NCBI RefSeq assembly: GCF_964355755.1
Contig: NC_092674.1
Location: forward strand, 31,248,001 to 31,312,000
DNA length: 64,000 nucleotides
Source of the DNA: Antedon mediterranea
Taxonomy: Eukaryota; Animalia; Echinodermata
Reading direction: 5' to 3'
A model generated the notes under the pieces. That model was not told the DNA's origin. It searched no databases and was given only the letters and a program-made list of their open reading frames with translations. How positions within the stretch are numbered: the first letter of the stretch is position 1; every line of letters begins with the position of its first letter. Below, piece after piece: positions 59,001-64,000 of this stretch. The position numbers and the translations under genes were made by a program.

Positions 59001-62000
59001 GGTCAGTTCTGTTCAGGTCCCCCATAATAATGAAGCCAGCGTCTGGGTGTTTAAGTTTAAGACTGTCAAGAGATTTAATAATATGATCCAAAAGTAGTTG
59101 TTGGTCAGAAGAATTAGGTGGAATATATATTCCACAAACTATAATAGAGGATACAGCTCTAGGAAGCCTCTTCGGTCTTATAAAAACCCAAACACACTCT
59201 AGCTCTTCGGGTACAACTATTTCATGTATTCTTCGCGACAGAAATTCAGAATTAACATATACAGCCACTCCACCACCCTTCCTATGCGTTCTATGATAGG
59301 TATAAATATTGAAGTTGTTAATCATCAGTGCATCATCTGTTATTTGCGGTGTTTGCCAAGTCTCTGTGACAACTGCTAAATCAATACAATTTTGAAGTAG
59401 AAGGGTTTCTAGTTCGTCCACACGGTAGATTAACGAACGCGGGTTAGTCAGGAAAATCGATGGGAGTGATGGCTGTAACATTGTATAGTTGACTTTACGA
59501 AGTGAATTAGGGAATAAACTACTTAGAAAACGCCCTCGCTTGTTGTCTATATAATCAGAAGCACGTGTAACAGTGATAATAGTGGGAATTTTTCTACGTA
59601 TATTTACACCACCTCTTCTACCTCTACTTTTACGATAGATGCCAAGATTATTCAGCTTAGTGAGGGTTCCCTTAGGTAGGTATTGCACCTTATTACGACG
59701 TTTAATGAAGGCTGATCCAATATAAAATAGCTCATGTCTGGAATAACGAGTCATTTTGGCTTGCTCAGTGGCTTGTGTATCATTCCAAGATAAGAATTAA
59801 ATCCCTTCTCGTTAAAATTTGAGAACTTATCTCACCCCAACAACAGCAGTACAGATAAAATGTTAAAAAGGAAAATTATCTCAATCCAACACCAACAACA
59901 CTCAACAGTACAGTTAAAATGTTAAAAAGTGGTTCCACATCAAAAAAATGTAAAGAAAAAGTACTTGCACAAAGTTAACATAAGATCACAATACTTCTGA
60001 AACCGCCGATTCTGTCGGTTGGTCTGGGCCTAGGCTAGGCTGCCCATTCGGCTTGCCTGAATTCTCCGCCGACAACCGTCCGACGATAGGTCGCGGCGAG
60101 CCCAGCCAGTATCCTGGTTATAGTTTCAGTTGTGGGCTTAGCAAGTTAATGTTCAGATTGCAATTTATAAGCATAACATGTAGCATTCAATCCACAGTAT
60201 AATGCACAAATTTTACTACTAAAGCAACAGATGTCCACAAAACAACAAAAAACCAGTCACAAAAGAGGAATTCCAGGGCCAAAAATCTGTAAACTAATTA
60301 AGAATGGCGACAGCTACAAAGCGCCCTCTCTAACCAAAACATTAAACATTCAAGTTATAAAATAATCAAAATATTAGTAGTTGATTTAACTACTAATATT
60401 TTTCAAATTTAAATATATATAATAATTGCAGATTTCAAAGTTAACTTACAAGTTTTAATTTATCGTCTTGGGATAATAATTTGATATAAGCTCCGCCACA
60501 ATCCAGTTCATTTTGGAATTTGACCTCATATCTAGAATGTGGAAAAAATGTATTGAATTTGATTATGATTTTAGTACGGGGACACACTAAAGCAAAACTG
60601 TGACTATTTGTAAATAAAGTCTAAAGCTCTACAGTATCAAACTAGTTTAACAAAAAAAAAGTGTGATTTGTTAAAATACGGTAGTGATATGCCCAAATAT
60701 GGTAGTGGTAACATCAATCATCATCCATATATACTGTAGGCACATCACATTTATTTGTCACAGAAAGATTGATAGTGCAGACAGTATTAATAGTATAATG
60801 GGTCACTTTGGTGGAAATATCAACATTTAGTACTGTATGTATTTGAAATAATAAAGAAATTGTAATTGAATATTTTCTAAAATTAGCAAAACAATACTCA
60901 CTGAACAATGAAAGGTTGGTCTTCAAATTTAAATGGTGTATCTAGTTTGGTGGCTATTGCATGATGCTTTGCTTTAGACTGAAATAAATTAACATGGTAA
61001 CAATTAAAAAATGTTAAACATTTAAAGATTAAAGTCTGGCACTTCTGGATGATGTGTATCATCAAAATGCACACTCTAAGGAGCATCAATAAAACATTGT
61101 AATCAGTGATAGAAAAATGTTGACGAGTCTCCCATTGGAATTTGCACCCACTCTGTAAGTTACTAGCATAGTCATTTACTACATGTATTTCTCACTGAAC
61201 ACAATCTTAGTACATTGAATAACAGATACGTAAAGTATATGTATGATAAAATATCGTTATAAAATGTGTTGCTGTCCAACGAGTATATATAAAAGAATTA
61301 TTAGAATTCAATATAAAATATTTTCCTGTTCATATAAATCCATGGGTCATTTTCTGTGCAACATGGTAATCTATAGCATTGACATATTTTGAATAAATTA
61401 TAATATTGAGCATTCTCCAGCAATTACTATGTTTTACATGAATGCGATACTATATGTATCATTTACAAAACACATTAGTATGACTTGTCATTTTATGGTA
61501 ACAAATCACATTGATTTTTCTTCAAATCTAGAATACAGTAGAATAGTATTTGTTTGTGGAGGGTTTCTCATTTAATAAATTTGATATTATTTGTTATTGA
61601 AGAAACTTTCTGAAAAAACATTGATTTATCAGCTGAGGGTAATAATTATGCAGGAATACTCAAACCATCCCATCTAAAATATAATCTTTTAAATTATCCT
61701 AATAAAAGTGTCTGCTACTGTACCTACTGATAATGTTTTATTTTTACTGGTAGTTTTTCTACAATCAATTTTAAACAAACATAGTAATCATATTACAATA
61801 TCCAGTACATGTTATCTGTGTTTTACTGCTTAACATATGGCTATTACCCATAGGGGTTAATTTGCAGACTTGAAACAATTGAATGAAACTGTTCTAATAG
61901 GTATACCAGCATTTATTCAAAGTAAATTGCAAGATTTTTGTAGCTTTAATAGTGGAAAATTAACAATATTATTAACAGATATTGTAGCAATGCATCTATA

Positions 62001-62755
62001 AGCTTATTCATGTAATAAGCCTACCCCAAAGTAATTAAAGGATGAAATAAATTTAAATAAAATTTTTTTAATAGATTACCTTTAGTACAAGTCCTAGATC
62101 TCCTACTAAGGGCTGCTTTTTTGGTTCTTCAATCTCCCACTCCCCATCATATTTGGCAATTTCTTCTTCTACCCCTTCTTTCTTTGCCTCGGATGGTATC
62201 CAACTAGACAAAATTAAAATCTTATTAATGCAAAATTTCACATGTTGGTTTTAGCTTATTCTCTACTGGTTAATACAGTACATTACCTTGGAAATCAAAT
62301 TAACTCTACAAATTAAATCTTATTATTCTGAACAAATACATTATGTCCCAGGAAACAATAGTAAGACGTAAGATTACTATTAACTGTAACACGCAGAAAA
62401 TGGAAATTAGAATCAGTAATTGATTGTATTTTAATCTGGGCTTTGTGTCTGCATACAATGGTTAAACAGACATAATGGAAAGAACAATTATAAATGTCTA
62501 AAACTCAGGAATTAAGCAAGGCCAGTGAAAGTGAAAGATAGAGTATTACTTAAAATAAAAAATCTGAATATAATAGACAACATTGTTTTACCTTGATCCT
62601 AAAACATCAACACTTTCAAATGCCTGAGCAAAGTAAGTGTCACCAATTGGTTGTGGTGCTGAGTATTCATTAATGATTGTCTCTACATTTTCCTCCTCAG
62701 CTCCCACTAGCAGGAATGACAACAGACAAAGGATACCTATTGTTAAACTTCTCAT
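50098..62755 (-). CDS. CANX: Calnexin, ~17 coding exons
   Basis: Signal peptide [18 protein letters not shown]; [10 protein letters not shown]; KAKHHAIA; [19 protein letters not shown]; [15 protein letters not shown]; P-domain repeats ([45 protein letters not shown]); GLELWTM; [26 protein letters not shown]; acidic tail ending [10 protein letters not shown] (stop 50098). Confidence 0.97.
51940..52020 (+). mobile_element. L2-type LINE/SINE 3' tail remnant
   Basis: AGCGCCTTTGA...GGCGCTTTACAAAT stem-loop followed by (ATT)n, typical of L2-clade 3' ends. Confidence 0.6.
52308..53536. mobile_element. Non-autonomous hAT-like DNA transposon (1229 bp) in a calnexin intron
   Basis: Perfect 17-bp TIR CAGGGCTGAAAATTAAC; subterminal GGTCGCC/GGCGACC repeats at both ends; CAATAA on both flanks; no transposase ORF. 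Confidence 0.85.
53790..53906. repeat. Tandem duplication, ~60 bp x2
   Basis: AACAATAATAACTGGGG...CTAGAAA...AAGCTTGTCTCATGAGGGCC occurs twice. Confidence 0.85.
54181..54345 (+). mobile_element. Short insertion (~130 bp) flanked by an 18-bp direct repeat, probably a 5'-truncated retroposon
   Basis: AATAAATATATAAATGTT at 54181-54198 and 54328-54345. Confidence 0.55.
54921..55033 (-). mobile_element. 3' end fragment of a LINE/SINE, copy 2
   Basis: Reverse complement matches 28394-28502. Confidence 0.7.
56543..60330 (-). mobile_element. Apparently full-length non-LTR retrotransposon (CR1/L2/Rex-Babar group) in a calnexin intron, same orientation as the host gene
   Basis: Intact APE-RT ORF; 3' UTR ending TGTAATTCAGC-TAA-GGCTGC...AATAAATGAAATG plus poly(A) (T-run at 56543-56561); GC-richer 5' UTR. 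The 5' boundary is approximate and no TSD was found. Confidence 0.9.
56812..59754 (-). CDS. LINE polyprotein: AP endonuclease plus reverse transcriptase (980 aa)
   Basis: APE motifs [26 protein letters not shown]...LD, SDH; RT motifs [44 protein letters not shown]; no stops. Confidence 0.97.
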   Translation of the reverse strand: MTRYSRHELFYIGSAFIKRRNKVQYLPKGTLTKLNNLGIYRKSRGRRGGVNIRRKIPTIITVTRASDYIDNKRGRFLSSLFPNSLRKVNYTMLQPSLPSIFLTNPRSLIYRVDELETLLLQNCIDLAVVTETWQTPQITDDALMINNFNIYTYHRTHRKGGGVAVYVNSEFLSRRIHEIVVPEELECVWVFIRPKRLPRAVSSIIVCGIYIPPNSSDQQLLLDHIIKSLDSLKLKHPDAGFIIMGDLNRTDLAPLCRAHNLKQIVKEPTRGDAILDIIATNLKQYYCDPRIVSPMGASDHNCVLLSATTRTNSNKIEKRVIRPMKAKSVEEFGRWITTHDWNEVINASTTEQKTQSFYLSLTSAMNTFFPVKSIKIHPTDKPWISQQAKDLIMKRKHAFTNHGKSLEWKFYRNKVQKVIKKDKMNFYNERLLNLKVTNPHKWHQGVQMLANKTKPQPLISVEDIPQDDYHGISNFVNNHFAITSQSRPSIDLCKLPTYLPANKPPNVKEWEMYNQLRKVKVNKSPGPDNVPNRLIRDFACELSIPMTNILNASLGEGHVPTMWKDAIVTPVPKENGCTRVDKFRPISLTCILAKVAEGFIKKWLLTDIEKNLDNNQYGCRKHFSTTHNLVDLLNVFYEGSNIPKSVGQLVLTDFSKAFDCVDHTIAVSKLVTLGCRPEIVPWLISFLSNRTQQVRYKSTLSMSVNLTCGVPQGTLLGPMIFLALMNDAMQDSPGKTWKYVDDLCIGQIVKKDVISSIQNDVALLNVWSNENKLKLNPTKCKTMYFNFQRNQYEHEPLFIGNATIEIVNETKLLGLWIQANLKWDRNVKEIVSKASRRLHILCRLRKFNLPKFDLVDVFKSYIRPSVEYAVPVWHSSLTKKQSDMIESVKKRACRIILCNDYICYDQALNDLSLDTLSDRRRNLCYKFALKCSKSIHFGKWFPVKNVSNMKLRRVKYQQPKCRVERYRKSAIPYLISLLNE
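60624..60784. mobile_element. MITE family A copy
   Basis: AAGCTCTACAGTATCAAACTAGTTT...CCCAAATATGGTAGTG...TTGATAGTGCAGACAG. Confidence 0.8.
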
Positions 62756-63717
62756 TTTAATTACTGAAATAACAAAAGACAATTCTTTGTGTAATTATAT
62801 GTATATAGATACAGCGACAGACGCAACAGATACATTAACATATGGCTATTTGTAATATCATTTTTAATCAAGTTGAATATGCTATTCGGGAAATACAATT
62901 ATATTTACCAACCCTAGTTTACTGTTGTAGTATAGGCCTAGCAGCAATATAGAATCTATCAATTATTATTAACAGCTGTAATTTATTGAGTACTATTACT
63001 ATACCCAGTCTAGGCCTAGAATAGAAAGGAGTAATTTTAAGTAAGCAAATTTGAAATTTTGCAAGACTTTTGTTGCGCAAATAAAATTGCAAACAATTTT
63101 TTATTTAATTGCGCAAATAATAAATAAATTAATTTTAAATCATAAAAATGCATTAATTTGACTAGGCCTAGGCTAGTTAGACAAGAGCTTTAGGTAGTCT
63201 ATAACAATAGTATACTAGTCCTAGTAAGGGTAAATAAGGTGTAAGGTCTAGGCCTAACTAATCTAAGTCTAACTATAGCCTACTTACTAAAAATACACAA
63301 AAAAGACCATTCCATTCGCATTTAATATTTATCTTTTTTTAAACCAATTTACTGTTATAATATTTAGGCAGGCCTGGCCTAGTAGGCTATTATCTAAACT
63401 AACAAAGTACTGAATATAAGTTAAGAACATTATAAAGTATTAAAATGACAAAAAAAACAAGACTTTTGCAGCCCATGTTAACAAAAGGGGAGTGGCTTAG
63501 CCTAGCCTAATGTGTTAGCTAATATGAGCATCCAGAACGTTCCACACACAACCGCAACGTAAGCGGTGTGGTGGTGTCTCGCGCAGCAGACCCCCAATCA
63601 CTCGGAGCTAGCGCTAACCGGCATAAACAAAGACATGCAAAAACGTTACAATTACATATTTAATACTGTATTTACAGTTAAATAATTGCGCACATTGATT
63701 ACATAAATCTTTAGGTT

Positions 63718-63875
63718 ACCTACCTCTTATCAAGCGAAACGGCTAGAGGAAACACTATTTCTTGAGAAAGCAATATTTAGCAACACAATAAAGACCCACG
63801 CTGGATTTCTCGTGGAGCAATGTGACTGGCTGGAATTAATGTTGTTCAGAACAGAGTTAATACGCATGCGTCGTA
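63718..63875 (-). promoter_or_regulatory. Putative calnexin promoter / non-coding first exon with ERSE-like and NRF1-like sites
   Basis: Minus-strand donor near 63722 and acceptor at 62764; minus-strand CCAGT-N9-CCACG at 63829-63811; palindromic ACGCATGCGT at 63862. Confidence 0.55.
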
Positions 63876-64000
63876 CATCAAAATGGAATTTTTAGTAATT
63901 TCACAATAAAACATTGAATATTATTATTAAAAACATACTGAAAATAGATATTACATAGTCATAAATATTTCTATTCCAAAAAGAGTTACAGTAAACATAT

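Noticed and set aside
59755-60330. ORF1 and target-site duplication for the LINE
   Set aside because: No ORF of 60 aa or more upstream of the polyprotein and no matching direct repeat at the two flanks.

Overview
AT-rich, intron-containing animal genomic DNA (GT-AG introns, a LINE, MITEs, minisatellites). It is probably from an invertebrate deuterostome such as an echinoderm, which is an inference from a DeuSINE-like motif and frequent TAGGCCTA. The first ~28 kb has no convincing coding gene. The rest holds five genes assembled by hand from splice sites and protein similarity recalled from memory: a CCDC138-like gene (-), a TKL-group protein kinase (-), a divergently transcribed multi-exon FANCF-like gene (+), a mucin-like type I membrane protein (-) and calnexin (-). 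Calnexin introns carry an intact single-ORF APE-RT LINE and a hAT-type non-autonomous element. The most unusual observation is the kinase: a SAM-like region, coiled coil and non-RD kinase domain followed by a WASP-like tail (GBD inhibitory helices without CRIB, Pro-rich, WH2-like, C-helix, terminal Trp). Other leads are an eIF4E-binding-type motif at the LINE ORF N-terminus, a minisatellite amplified from a DeuSINE-like core, and ERSE-like elements upstream of calnexin. No database searches or computations were run.
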